A DNA stretch of 53,660 nucleotides from a virus (taxonomy: Duplodnaviria > Caudoviricetes). A program made the position numbers and the translations under genes. The notes below the pieces were generated by a model that ran no database searches, was not told where the DNA came from, and worked only from the letters and a program-made list of their open reading frames with translations. Positions 20,510 through 29,237 of the stretch are shown in pieces. Each line of letters opens with the position of its first letter. Within the stretch, counting starts at the first letter, position 1. Location: positions 1 through 53,660 of the IMG/VR virus record IMGVR_UViG_3300025887_000028; one strand, written 5' to 3'.

Positions 20510-23026
20510 ATGGCAGGTGAAAGAACGTTCCTTCAGGTTCCACCAGATAGTACAGGTAAGCGTGTGCGTATGACGCACACTGCTGAAGTTTTTTATACTA
20601 ATGGTACTCCCAATTATGATTGGGATATTGGTCAAATGTATACCACACAATTTAGTGATGGTAATCAATACACTATGCATGTTCATGGATTTCATCGCAT
20701 TAGTGCTACATCAGGTCTTCTAGAAGTTCATTACAACAAAGCAGCGAAGTATGACAATCTTAGCCCAAATGTTGGCGCTGATATTATTGATCGCGATGGC
20801 GTAACAAAGGTTGCTGAAGTACAAAGTGTCAGAGATGTTTATATCAACTCTAATCATATTATCGGATATGATAACCCAGAAAACGGCGTAGACGTTGATC
20901 CAACTGGTTCAATGAATGTTCGCTTTGCTGAAGGTCTTCCACAACTTGATGCATTTGGTAAACTAAGAACTTCTGGTGCAAGTATTCTTGGCGACTATAC
21001 ATTTGCTAACAACAACCTACCTAGTGAATTTGCTACAACAAAGTTTGGTAGCGGAAAATCTGTTCACAATGACGATTTACATGCCGCTGAACTAAGAACT
21101 GGTGCAGGTACTGCGACAAAAAACTTTGGACCAGATTCAGATCGTATTCAACTTACGACACATACATATCATCATTATTTCCCAGGTCTGTCTCAAATGT
21201 CAATTATGACTGTTGCTCTAAGCGACCAAGGTCAAACTGGTGTTATGAGAGAATGGGGATACTTTGACGGTCAATATGATGATGATGTTACTGGCACTCC
21301 TAATTATGAACTAGTTACTGGTAACGGTATATTCTTCAGAGTTACAGGCGAAAGTGGTCTACAGTGTGTTATTCGTTCATCTGCTACGGGTGTTGTTACA
21401 GAAACAATTATCAGTAAAGATACGACGACAAAACTTTCAATTGCAAATGGTGTAACAACGACAATTTCAACTTTACCTGATGGTTGGAACGGCGATCCTA
21501 TTGATGGATCAGGTGATAGCCAGAAAGTATTTGATCTAAGAAATGATAACATTTATTGGATGGATATTCAATGGTTAGGTGCTGGACGTGTTCGTTTCGG
21601 AACATATCACAGAGGTCAGCGTATCGTTATTCATGAATATTATCATGACAACAACGGCGGTGTTCCTATCTGTCAGACTGGTTCACTACCACTAAGATAT
21701 TGTCAGCATAATATGAAAAATATTAATGTAGTGTCTGAATCATTAATGAGAGTTTGGTGTGCCTCAGTATTTACAGAAGCAAATCTAGATACAGCTTCAC
21801 TTGGTCGTGGTCAAACAGAATATTTCAAGGCTGTTATTGATCCTGCTAACATGAATGATGTTCAGGGTCTAAATGACGGATTTGGTGATAGACAAATTAC
21901 AACAAAAACAGGTATTACTTCATCTGGTACTACACTTACCGTTCCTAATCTAACGGGTATCAAACCTGGTTGGATTGTAAAGATTGCATCTGGCACGGGT
22001 GTAATGCAAGAAGAAACTCGTGTTGCTGATATCGTAAACTCTACAACAATTGTGGTTGATAAAGCACCAACTACAGCAATTATCAATACAGATGATGTTA
22101 CATTTGAGATGCCCGTCAATGACGAATATTATCTGATTGGTATTCTTGCTCCTAGACCCATCATCAAAGGTGTGAACCACGAAAACAGAACCCTATATCT
22201 ACCACGTTCTGCAAGAGCATATGCATACCATGAAGATGGTGCCGAAGCATTCATAAGTGTTCAGGTTTATATCAATCCAGTTATGTCAGGTGTTACACAA
22301 GCACTACCACTCTATGATGAAACAGAACTGGCAGACTTTGGTGTAGATTCTATATTCTCAAGTGTTGAACCTGGTGATCCTTTCTCGGCTGTTATGGCAT
22401 ACGGTAAAGACGGTATTGATAAAGTAAATCTATTCCGTGAAAGTGGTATTCATGGTCTTGTCACATACTCAGGTGGATACGCTGGACAAGAAGATTTGAG
22501 TGGCGCATTTACTACTCTGCAATCAGCATTCAAGAATCTGGGTGATAGAGGTGGTAACAACCGTTGTCCTATTCTAAAAGTATATCAGTCAAGAACTGCT
22601 GGTGAAGCAACTGTGATTCAAATCAATACACCTCCAACTGGTATTCCATTCTCACTACACAGAGAAGGAAATGCTGTTCAGTTAGATAATATTCCTGGTG
22701 TTATCGGTACCGCCACTGACGGCCAGAATTTATATCTTCGCATGATTGATAATGATAAAGCGGAATTGTATTTTGATAAAACATTCCAAACACCTCTGGA
22801 TACATCGGCAGTAGATAATAGCACAAATAGTAATAGTCTAACATGGCCTGGTAATACAGGCAGTGTTGCAACAGGTGGATTTATTGCATCTGGTTACGGA
22901 CCATATACTTACTTCTCTGTTCTTGCAAAACCGCAGGGTCCTTCAAAGGGTGGTACTGCATATCAGCAACTGCACGGCAAAATTGAAGTAAACTTTTCAC
23001 TGTTCTGGAATGAGATTATTCAGTAA
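20510..23026 (+). CDS. Putative virion structural protein (838 aa) with a possible lectin/ConA-like core
   Basis: QLDAFGKLRTS, IYWMDIQWLGAGRVRFG motifs typical of phage structural proteins; SD aggag. Confidence 0.7.
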   Translation: MAGERTFLQVPPDSTGKRVRMTHTAEVFYTNGTPNYDWDIGQMYTTQFSDGNQYTMHVHGFHRISATSGLLEVHYNKAAKYDNLSPNVGADIIDRDGVTKVAEVQSVRDVYINSNHIIGYDNPENGVDVDPTGSMNVRFAEGLPQLDAFGKLRTSGASILGDYTFANNNLPSEFATTKFGSGKSVHNDDLHAAELRTGAGTATKNFGPDSDRIQLTTHTYHHYFPGLSQMSIMTVALSDQGQTGVMREWGYFDGQYDDDVTGTPNYELVTGNGIFFRVTGESGLQCVIRSSATGVVTETIISKDTTTKLSIANGVTTTISTLPDGWNGDPIDGSGDSQKVFDLRNDNIYWMDIQWLGAGRVRFGTYHRGQRIVIHEYYHDNNGGVPICQTGSLPLRYCQHNMKNINVVSESLMRVWCASVFTEANLDTASLGRGQTEYFKAVIDPANMNDVQGLNDGFGDRQITTKTGITSSGTTLTVPNLTGIKPGWIVKIASGTGVMQEETRVADIVNSTTIVVDKAPTTAIINTDDVTFEMPVNDEYYLIGILAPRPIIKGVNHENRTLYLPRSARAYAYHEDGAEAFISVQVYINPVMSGVTQALPLYDETELADFGVDSIFSSVEPGDPFSAVMAYGKDGIDKVNLFRESGIHGLVTYSGGYAGQEDLSGAFTTLQSAFKNLGDRGGNNRCPILKVYQSRTAGEATVIQINTPPTGIPFSLHREGNAVQLDNIPGVIGTATDGQNLYLRMIDNDKAELYFDKTFQTPLDTSAVDNSTNSNSLTWPGNTGSVATGGFIASGYGPYTYFSVLAKPQGPSKGGTAYQQLHGKIEVNFSLFWNEIIQ

Positions 23027-23631
23027 TGAGTACGGTAGCTTTCAATTACGGAGTATGGTGGCAATGGGAAGATTATCCTAATCAGAAGGTGACTTTTGAT
23101 GGGCCCAATAAAACCATCTTCGTAAATGAAGGCGTCACACAACTTGATGTAAAAGCTGATATATATTCGGCTTACAAAGAGTGGGTTATAAACTCGCCTG
23201 AAAATCCACTTCCTGCAGCATATGTAGAAGCAATTAGTGTTGTTGGTGGTGATCCAATTACAGATACTCAGAGTCTAGGCTCCACATACTTTCTTGAGAG
23301 TGGATGGAGAATTCAACCTTCATCAAGTAAAACGTCTTATACACTAACTGTTGAGGGTAACATCTATACACGTGAAGTTGGCGACACACCATTCTTATTT
23401 GCTGAAGGCGTATCAACATCACTCGTGCGTTCTAATATTGTTGATCTTATTCAAGTTGAAGCAATTGGAGTTAACATCACAGAACAAGATATTGCTGCGA
23501 TTGCGGCTGCATCGGCTACAGCCTCTGCAGGAGAAGTTTGGGACGAAATTATCGATGTGCCTAGAAATCAGAGCGCAAGAGAGAAGCTGCGCAAGATTGC
23601 TACAAAAACACAAGATATCGCATTACGATAA
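23026..23631 (+). CDS. Hypothetical structural protein, apparently sharing a domain with 14848.. and 17906..
   Basis: VTFDGPNKTIFV...DIYSAYKEW...YFLESGWRI; overlapping TAATG. Confidence 0.7.
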   Translation: MSTVAFNYGVWWQWEDYPNQKVTFDGPNKTIFVNEGVTQLDVKADIYSAYKEWVINSPENPLPAAYVEAISVVGGDPITDTQSLGSTYFLESGWRIQPSSSKTSYTLTVEGNIYTREVGDTPFLFAEGVSTSLVRSNIVDLIQVEAIGVNITEQDIAAIAAASATASAGEVWDEIIDVPRNQSAREKLRKIATKTQDIALR

Positions 23632-23633
23632 TT

Positions 23634-23641
23634 TATAAATA
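23634..23641 (+). promoter_or_regulatory. Late promoter TATAAATA (prohead core operon)
   Basis: Exact consensus. Confidence 0.85.
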
Positions 23642-23674
23642 ACATATAGAGATAAAATCAAAAGGAGATGGCCA

Positions 23675-23947
23675 ATGTCAATCGAAAAACTAATCAAAAA
23701 CGCCGTTGAAGGTAAAGCAGACGAATTTCAGGAAACATTTGCTGATATCATGAATCAAAAAATGGAAGTTGCTATTAGCTCAAAATATGAATCCATGTTT
23801 GAAGAGGGATATAAGAAAAAAATGAAAGAAGAAGACGAGTCTGACGAAGATGAAGATGAGTCTGACGAAGATGAAGATGAGTCTGACGAAGATGAAGATG
23901 ATGACATGGAAGAAATGGCGCAAAAAAAGTCTTCGAAGGATAAGTAA
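23675..23947 (+). CDS. Acidic prohead core protein, gp67-like
   Basis: LIKNAVEGKADEFQETF N-terminus, D/E-rich tail, position before gp21. Confidence 0.65.
   Translation: MSIEKLIKNAVEGKADEFQETFADIMNQKMEVAISSKYESMFEEGYKKKMKEEDESDEDEDESDEDEDESDEDEDDDMEEMAQKKSSKDK
23837..23899 (+). repeat. 21-bp perfect tandem repeat x3 (GAGTCTGACGAAGATGAAGAT; ESDEDED)
   Basis: Read directly from the sequence. Confidence 0.95.
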
Positions 23948-23949
23948 TC

Positions 23950-24933
23950 ATGAAATCCCTAAAACAAATCATCAAGGAGACGGTCGCTGAACCAAAATCT
24001 CCTGACGAAAAGCGCTTCAAAGAGCTACACACTAAGAACGTGGATAAGAAAGATTATCCTGTCGATAGTGGTAAATCTGAGAGAGTAACAAAGAAAAAAC
24101 CTCGTAAGGCTGACTATACTGATGGGTCTGATGAAAAGGCTTATGACACTTCATACGAAAGCGTAAGTTTTGAGGATCTTCTTGTTATCGACGAAGATAT
24201 GCTAGAAGAAGCTCTTGAAGACCTTTCTGAAGAGCAACTTGACGAGATCATCAAAACTGCGGTTAAGGCTGTTGGTATTGGAACTTCTGGTGCAAAAGCT
24301 GTTAAGAGTGTTGCGGGTAAAGTCAAGAATAGATTCTCGGCTAGTGGTCGTGCAGATGCGCTAAAGCGCAGGACTGATGCAATTAGAAAAAGAAAAGAAG
24401 ATCAGAACAAGCTTAAAACTGCACGTACAGATTACAATAAAGCTCGTAAAGAAGAAGTAGAACTTGACGAGAACGCATGGGAAGAGATTCCCATGATGGA
24501 AAGACAGTTGAAATTCATCGCATATGCTTCTGAAGAAATGATCGACTATCTTGTAGAGTGCGATACGGATTGTGTGGATCCAGAAGAATGGTTCCAAAAC
24601 AAACTTGCACATATTCATGGTCAGATGAGAACACTTCACGCTTATGTCGAGGGTGATCGTCGCATGGGTGACATGGGTGGCATGTACGAAGAAACTGACC
24701 TTACCGAAAATACTATAAAAGACCTTGAGAAGATTGTCAAGACAAAAAGTCGTGGCGAAATTAAGTTCAAAGACGGCGATTCAATAAAAGTTGATATGCA
24801 GACTGCAAATGTTCTCGTAAAAGTCTATGATGCATTAAACGATCCTAACAAGAAAAAGTTTGAAGATGCTTTAGGTAAAAATGAAACCATGTTCATGAAG
24901 ATGGTAGATTTTGCATGGAGCAAAGTAAAATAA
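23950..24933 (+). CDS. Putative prohead core/internal head protein
   Basis: N-terminal MKSLKQIIKE, many (L/I)xE sites, charged, located between gp67-like and gp21. Confidence 0.6.
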   Translation: MKSLKQIIKETVAEPKSPDEKRFKELHTKNVDKKDYPVDSGKSERVTKKKPRKADYTDGSDEKAYDTSYESVSFEDLLVIDEDMLEEALEDLSEEQLDEIIKTAVKAVGIGTSGAKAVKSVAGKVKNRFSASGRADALKRRTDAIRKRKEDQNKLKTARTDYNKARKEEVELDENAWEEIPMMERQLKFIAYASEEMIDYLVECDTDCVDPEEWFQNKLAHIHGQMRTLHAYVEGDRRMGDMGGMYEETDLTENTIKDLEKIVKTKSRGEIKFKDGDSIKVDMQTANVLVKVYDALNDPNKKKFEDALGKNETMFMKMVDFAWSKVK

Positions 24934-25184
24934 TGCCAAGTATCATCAAACTCAAAGGAACCGAAACGGGTGTTACAAGCGCAACAACGCTCAATAACGC
25001 CCAATTGATTCGCGTATATGCGACAGCAAATTCGTCTATCACCATCACTAACGTTGTAGCTAATACTGCAATAGGTTCTTTCACAGTTCCAGGTGGGCGT
25101 GTCGAATACGTTGAAAAGAGCGCTAATGATACAATCGAGTCTGATGTTGAAGTTCTTTGCACACCAATTTCGTATAACACATAA
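24933..25184 (+). CDS. Small hypothetical beta-rich protein (83 aa)
   Basis: ATG overlapping the upstream stop (TAATG); MPSIIKLKGTE...VEKSANDTI. Confidence 0.7.
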   Translation: MPSIIKLKGTETGVTSATTLNNAQLIRVYATANSSITITNVVANTAIGSFTVPGGRVEYVEKSANDTIESDVEVLCTPISYNT

Positions 25185-25198
25185 CAAGGATAGCGAAA

Positions 25199-25876
25199 AT
25201 GAAGTTAATCAAAGAAGTCGTAGAAGACATTCAATATCTAAAAGAATCCAATGAAAATGGCGATAAGAGCTATTTCATCGAAGGCGTTATCATGCAAGGC
25301 GATATTAAAAATCGCAACGGTCGCGTATACCCTAAGCAAACACTTATGCGTGAATTGAAAAGATATAACGAAAATTATGTCGTAAAGAAACGCGCATTTG
25401 GCGAGTTAGGTCATCCACAAGGTCCTACGATCAATCTTGATCGTGCGTCACATATGTTCACTGAACTTCGCGAAGACGGTTCTAATGTTGTAGGTCGTGC
25501 AAAAGTCATGGACACGCCTATGGGAAAGATCGTAAAAAATATCATCGACGAAGGTGGTCAACTAGGAATCTCATCAAGAGGTATGGGTTCACTAAAGAAA
25601 AACAAATCTGGTATCATGGAAGTACAAGATGACTTTATGCTTGCAACTGCAGGCGATATTGTTGCAGATCCTTCTGCACCAGATGCGTTCGTCCAAGGTA
25701 TCATGGAAGGTGTTGAATTCTATTACGATATATCATCCGGAACATGGCAACAACAACAAGCTTTTGAGGAAATTGAAGAAGAGATTCGTCAGACTGCAAA
25801 GCGCAGTTCGAAGGAACTTGAAGAGCAAGCCTCAAGACTTTTTGAGAAATTTATCAAGTCACTCGCAAATACATAA
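25199..25876 (+). CDS. gp21: Prohead protease gp21
   Basis: NRNGRVYP, GELGHP, GISSRGMGS, DIVADPSAPDAFV. Confidence 0.97.
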   Translation: MKLIKEVVEDIQYLKESNENGDKSYFIEGVIMQGDIKNRNGRVYPKQTLMRELKRYNENYVVKKRAFGELGHPQGPTINLDRASHMFTELREDGSNVVGRAKVMDTPMGKIVKNIIDEGGQLGISSRGMGSLKKNKSGIMEVQDDFMLATAGDIVADPSAPDAFVQGIMEGVEFYYDISSGTWQQQQAFEEIEEEIRQTAKRSSKELEEQASRLFEKFIKSLANT

Positions 25877-25880
25877 TTTG

Positions 25881-25888
25881 TATAAATA
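25881..25888 (+). promoter_or_regulatory. Late promoter TATAAATA (gp22)
   Basis: Exact consensus. Confidence 0.85.
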
Positions 25889-25925
25889 ATGTTAGATTTG
25901 ATACAATCACATAAGGAGCATAACA

Positions 25926-26840
25926 ATGAGTGAAGAACTAGAAAATAAGCTAGACGAAGCGAAAGCAACTGGCGACGATTCGATGTCTGCGGACGCAGTT
26001 GCGCCAGCGGGCGGAGAGCCTAAAAAGCGCAAGGGCGACGTTAAAGCAAAGGTAGATCCAAAGGCTGATGAAATTGAGGATGATGTAAAAACACCTCAAG
26101 GAACAAACAACACTGGTCTTAAAGAATCTGCATTCGAAAGAATTTTCGATGGCGAAGAGCTTTCAGAAGACTTTATGTCAAAAGCTGAAGCAGTATTCGA
26201 AGCAGTCATTAACGAAAAGACTGCAGCTATTGAATCATCTTTGGAAGATAAGTTTGAGAAAGAATTTGTCGAATCAATCGAATCAACTAAGCAGGACATG
26301 ATTGAAAAGGTTGACACATACCTTGATTACGTCATCGAAAGCTGGATGGAAGCAAACGAAGTAGCAGTCGAATCTTCTATCAAAGTTGAAGTTGCTGAGT
26401 CTCTAATTGACAGTCTAAAAGGTCTTGTAGAATCTCACAACATCGATATCGACGATGAGCAAGTTGATGCTATTGCAGAACTTGAAAAGCGTCTTGATGA
26501 ATCTTCAGAAAAGTACAACGAAATTTTTGAAGCACTGATCGAGATCAAAGAAGAGAAAGAGACACTTGAGCGCGAAATCGCTTTTGCTCAAATCTCTGAA
26601 GATTTGACTGACACACAAGCTGATAAGCTAAACGTGCTTGCAGAAGGTATGTCTTGCAACAGCGTTGAAGATTACACTTCAAAACTGAAAGCAATCAAAT
26701 CAAGCTATTTTGTCGAAAATGTAACTGTTGAAACAGGAGCAGAAGTTCTCGAAGAAGAGACCGACGATGAACCAAAAGCAAAGGTTCTTGATGAATCAAT
26801 TGCTAGATATGCACAGATCCTTGATCGTCACGCAAAATAA
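25926..26840 (+). CDS. gp22: Prohead scaffold protein gp22
   Basis: LSEDFMSKAEAVFEA, VDTYLDYVIESWMEANEVAVE; acidic coiled coil between gp21 and gp23. Confidence 0.93.
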   Translation: MSEELENKLDEAKATGDDSMSADAVAPAGGEPKKRKGDVKAKVDPKADEIEDDVKTPQGTNNTGLKESAFERIFDGEELSEDFMSKAEAVFEAVINEKTAAIESSLEDKFEKEFVESIESTKQDMIEKVDTYLDYVIESWMEANEVAVESSIKVEVAESLIDSLKGLVESHNIDIDDEQVDAIAELEKRLDESSEKYNEIFEALIEIKEEKETLEREIAFAQISEDLTDTQADKLNVLAEGMSCNSVEDYTSKLKAIKSSYFVENVTVETGAEVLEEETDDEPKAKVLDESIARYAQILDRHAK

Positions 26841-26846
26841 GAATTA

Positions 26847-26854
26847 TATAAATA
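26847..26854 (+). promoter_or_regulatory. Late promoter TATAAATA (gp23)
   Basis: Exact consensus. Confidence 0.85.
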
Positions 26855-26886
26855 CATATAGTTAATCTCAAATAAGGAGAACGATA

Positions 26887-28149
26887 ATGAGAAACGAAGA
26901 ACTAATGGCAAAGTGGGCTCCTATTCTGGAGCATGAATCACTACCAAACATTGGCGACTCGCATAAGAGAGCGGTTACTGCAACCATTCTTGAGAACACT
27001 GAAGTAGCACTTCGCGAAGGTTCGACATATTCGCCAGCAGCACTTCTAGAAACAGCACCAGCAAACGCAACAGGTAACGGTGTTGAAGGCTACGATCCCG
27101 TACTTATCTCACTTGTTCGTCGTGCTATGCCTAATCTTATCGCATATGACATTGCTGGCGTTCAGCCAATGACAGGCCCAACTGGACTGATCTTTGCAAT
27201 GCGTTCGCGTTACGAAAATCAGGCTGGCGACGAAGCATTCTACAACGAAGCTGACACAGACTTCACAGGTGCAGGTACACACGCTAACAAGCTTGGCGAA
27301 GGTAGCGAGACAACAGGTACAGGCCTTGCGACAGCAACTGCTGAAGCACTTGGTGATGCTGCAAACAATGCATTCCCAGAGATGGCATTCTCAATTGAGA
27401 AAGTTTCTGTGACTGCAAAGAGCCGTGCGCTAAAAGCAGAGTACACAACTGAACTTGCACAGGACCTTAAAGCAATCCACGGTCTTGACGCAGAGACAGA
27501 GCTTGCAAACATGCTTTCAGCAGAACTACTTGCAGAAATCAACCGTGAGGTTGTTCGCACAGTATATTCAAACGCTGTAGCAGGTGCGCAAACAGGTACT
27601 GCAGCACTAGGTACTTTCGACCTTGATGTTGACGCAAACGGTCGCTGGTCAGTAGAGAAGTTCAAAGGCCTTATGTTCCAAATCGAACGTGAAGCTAATG
27701 AAATCGCAAAAGCAACTCGTCGTGGTAAGGGTAACATTCTTATCTGTTCCTCAGACGTAGCGTCTGCGCTTCAAATGGCAGGTATGCTTGATTACACACC
27801 AGCGCTTAACGCAAACAACCTGAACCCAGATGATACTGGCAACACATTCATCGGTGTTCTTAACGGTCGTTTCCGCGTGTACATTGATCCATATGCAGGT
27901 GCTAACTACCTTGTAGTAGGTTACAAAGGCTCAAGCACATTCGACGCAGGTCTCTTCTACTGCCCATACGTACCACTACAGATGGTTCGTGCAGTTGGTG
28001 AGAATAGCTTCCAGTCGAAGCTTGGCTTCAAAACTCGCTACGGCATGGTTGCAAACCCATTCGCTGAAGGTTCAAACGTAGGTGCAGGTCGTCTTCAGGC
28101 TAACACAAACATTTACTACCGCCGCGTGGCAGTAACAAACATCCTATAA
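26887..28149 (+). CDS. gp23: Major capsid protein gp23
   Basis: GVQPMTGPTGLIFAMR, ELAQDLKAIHGLDAE, AGLFYCPYVPL, GFKTRYG. Confidence 0.98.
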   Translation: MRNEELMAKWAPILEHESLPNIGDSHKRAVTATILENTEVALREGSTYSPAALLETAPANATGNGVEGYDPVLISLVRRAMPNLIAYDIAGVQPMTGPTGLIFAMRSRYENQAGDEAFYNEADTDFTGAGTHANKLGEGSETTGTGLATATAEALGDAANNAFPEMAFSIEKVSVTAKSRALKAEYTTELAQDLKAIHGLDAETELANMLSAELLAEINREVVRTVYSNAVAGAQTGTAALGTFDLDVDANGRWSVEKFKGLMFQIEREANEIAKATRRGKGNILICSSDVASALQMAGMLDYTPALNANNLNPDDTGNTFIGVLNGRFRVYIDPYAGANYLVVGYKGSSTFDAGLFYCPYVPLQMVRAVGENSFQSKLGFKTRYGMVANPFAEGSNVGAGRLQANTNIYYRRVAVTNIL

Positions 28150-28177
28150 TAAGACTTAGGTTAACTGAGCTTACTGA

Positions 28178-28207
28178 GAGGGCGTCTTCTGGCGCCCTCT
28201 TTTTTTT
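28178..28207 (+). terminator. Rho-independent terminator after gp23
   Basis: agagggcgtc-ttct-ggcgccctct followed by a T run. Confidence 0.9.
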
Positions 28208-28212
28208 ATTCA

Positions 28213-28220
28213 TATAAATA
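28213..28220 (+). promoter_or_regulatory. Late promoter TATAAATA (gp3)
   Basis: Exact consensus. Confidence 0.85.
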
Positions 28221-28243
28221 GTATCAATGAATAGGAGAAAACG

Positions 28244-28747
28244 ATGATTGATTGTACTACACTTAGACAGAACTTTTACTCACCAAAGAATTATCGTTTG
28301 GTCATAGATCGTTTACCACATGTCGAGTATTTTGCAACTGAAGTAAACATTCCAGGTCTGACGATAAATCCTGTCACAGAAGGATCACCTTTCAGAACGA
28401 TTTATAGACCAGGAGATAAAGTCGAATTTGGAACTCTTGATATCACATTTCTCATCGACGAAGACTTGAATAATTATCAAGAGATTTTTTCTTGGATGAT
28501 TGGTCTAACATATCCAAACAACTTCTCGCAGTATGCAAATCTTATCGAAGGCGATGGATTGTATTCTGACGCAAGTGTAATCACGCAAAACGCAGCAAAA
28601 ACTTCGAATATTGAATTCAAATTCAATGACATATTCCCAATCTCACTGGGTCAAATAGTAATGAACCAGCAAGAAGAAGATGTTACATATGCGTCTGCCA
28701 CAGTAACATTTCAAGTAAATGAATATACTATAACACCTTTGACTTGA
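28244..28747 (+). CDS. gp3: Tail tube terminator/completion protein gp3-like
   Basis: VNIPG, PGDKVEFGTLDITFLIDEDLNNYQEIFSW, SDAS, FPISL; position after gp23. Confidence 0.85.
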   Translation: MIDCTTLRQNFYSPKNYRLVIDRLPHVEYFATEVNIPGLTINPVTEGSPFRTIYRPGDKVEFGTLDITFLIDEDLNNYQEIFSWMIGLTYPNNFSQYANLIEGDGLYSDASVITQNAAKTSNIEFKFNDIFPISLGQIVMNQQEEDVTYASATVTFQVNEYTITPLT

Positions 28748-28772
28748 TTCGCAAACACTTTTGTGATATAAT
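28744..28772 (+). promoter_or_regulatory. sigma70-type promoter for uvsY
   Basis: TTGATT-N17-TATAAT; TGATTCG overlaps the -35. Confidence 0.7.
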
Positions 28773-28799
28773 GATATTATTTTTTTTAATGGAGACGAC

Positions 28800-29237
28800 A
28801 TGAAGCTTGAAGAGATATATGAGATGTGGGCTAAAGATTGTGAAATTGATATGATAAACATATCGAACGAATCAGCCAATATACCAAAACTTCATAACAA
28901 ATACTTCCGCATGTACATGGAGGAAGGTCTACGTCTGAAAAAGCAGAAAACTGATTATAAAAAACTTAGACTTCTCAAAGAGCAATATTACAAGGGCGAC
29001 CTTGATATTGAAGAGTTGAAGGAATATGGTTGGACACCACAACCACTAAAAATTCTTAGACAAGATATCGGGACATATGTTGATGCTGATGATGATATTA
29101 TCAAGCAAACACTCAAAATAGGTATGCAAGAAGCTATCGTAGAATATCTTGAATCGATTATAAAACAGATAACGAATAGAGGTTTTCAACTCAAAACGAT
29201 TGTGGACTGGGAACGCTTTAGAACAGGTGCAATGTAA
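28800..29237 (+). CDS. uvsY: Recombination mediator UvsY
   Basis: WAKDCEID, IPKLHNKY, YVDADDD, RGFQLKTIVDWERF. Confidence 0.92.
   Translation: MKLEEIYEMWAKDCEIDMINISNESANIPKLHNKYFRMYMEEGLRLKKQKTDYKKLRLLKEQYYKGDLDIEELKEYGWTPQPLKILRQDIGTYVDADDDIIKQTLKIGMQEAIVEYLESIIKQITNRGFQLKTIVDWERFRTGAM

Noticed and set aside
27240-27737. 165-aa minus-strand ORF in gp23
   Set aside because: Antisense open frame caused by codon bias of a highly expressed gene; no SD or promoter
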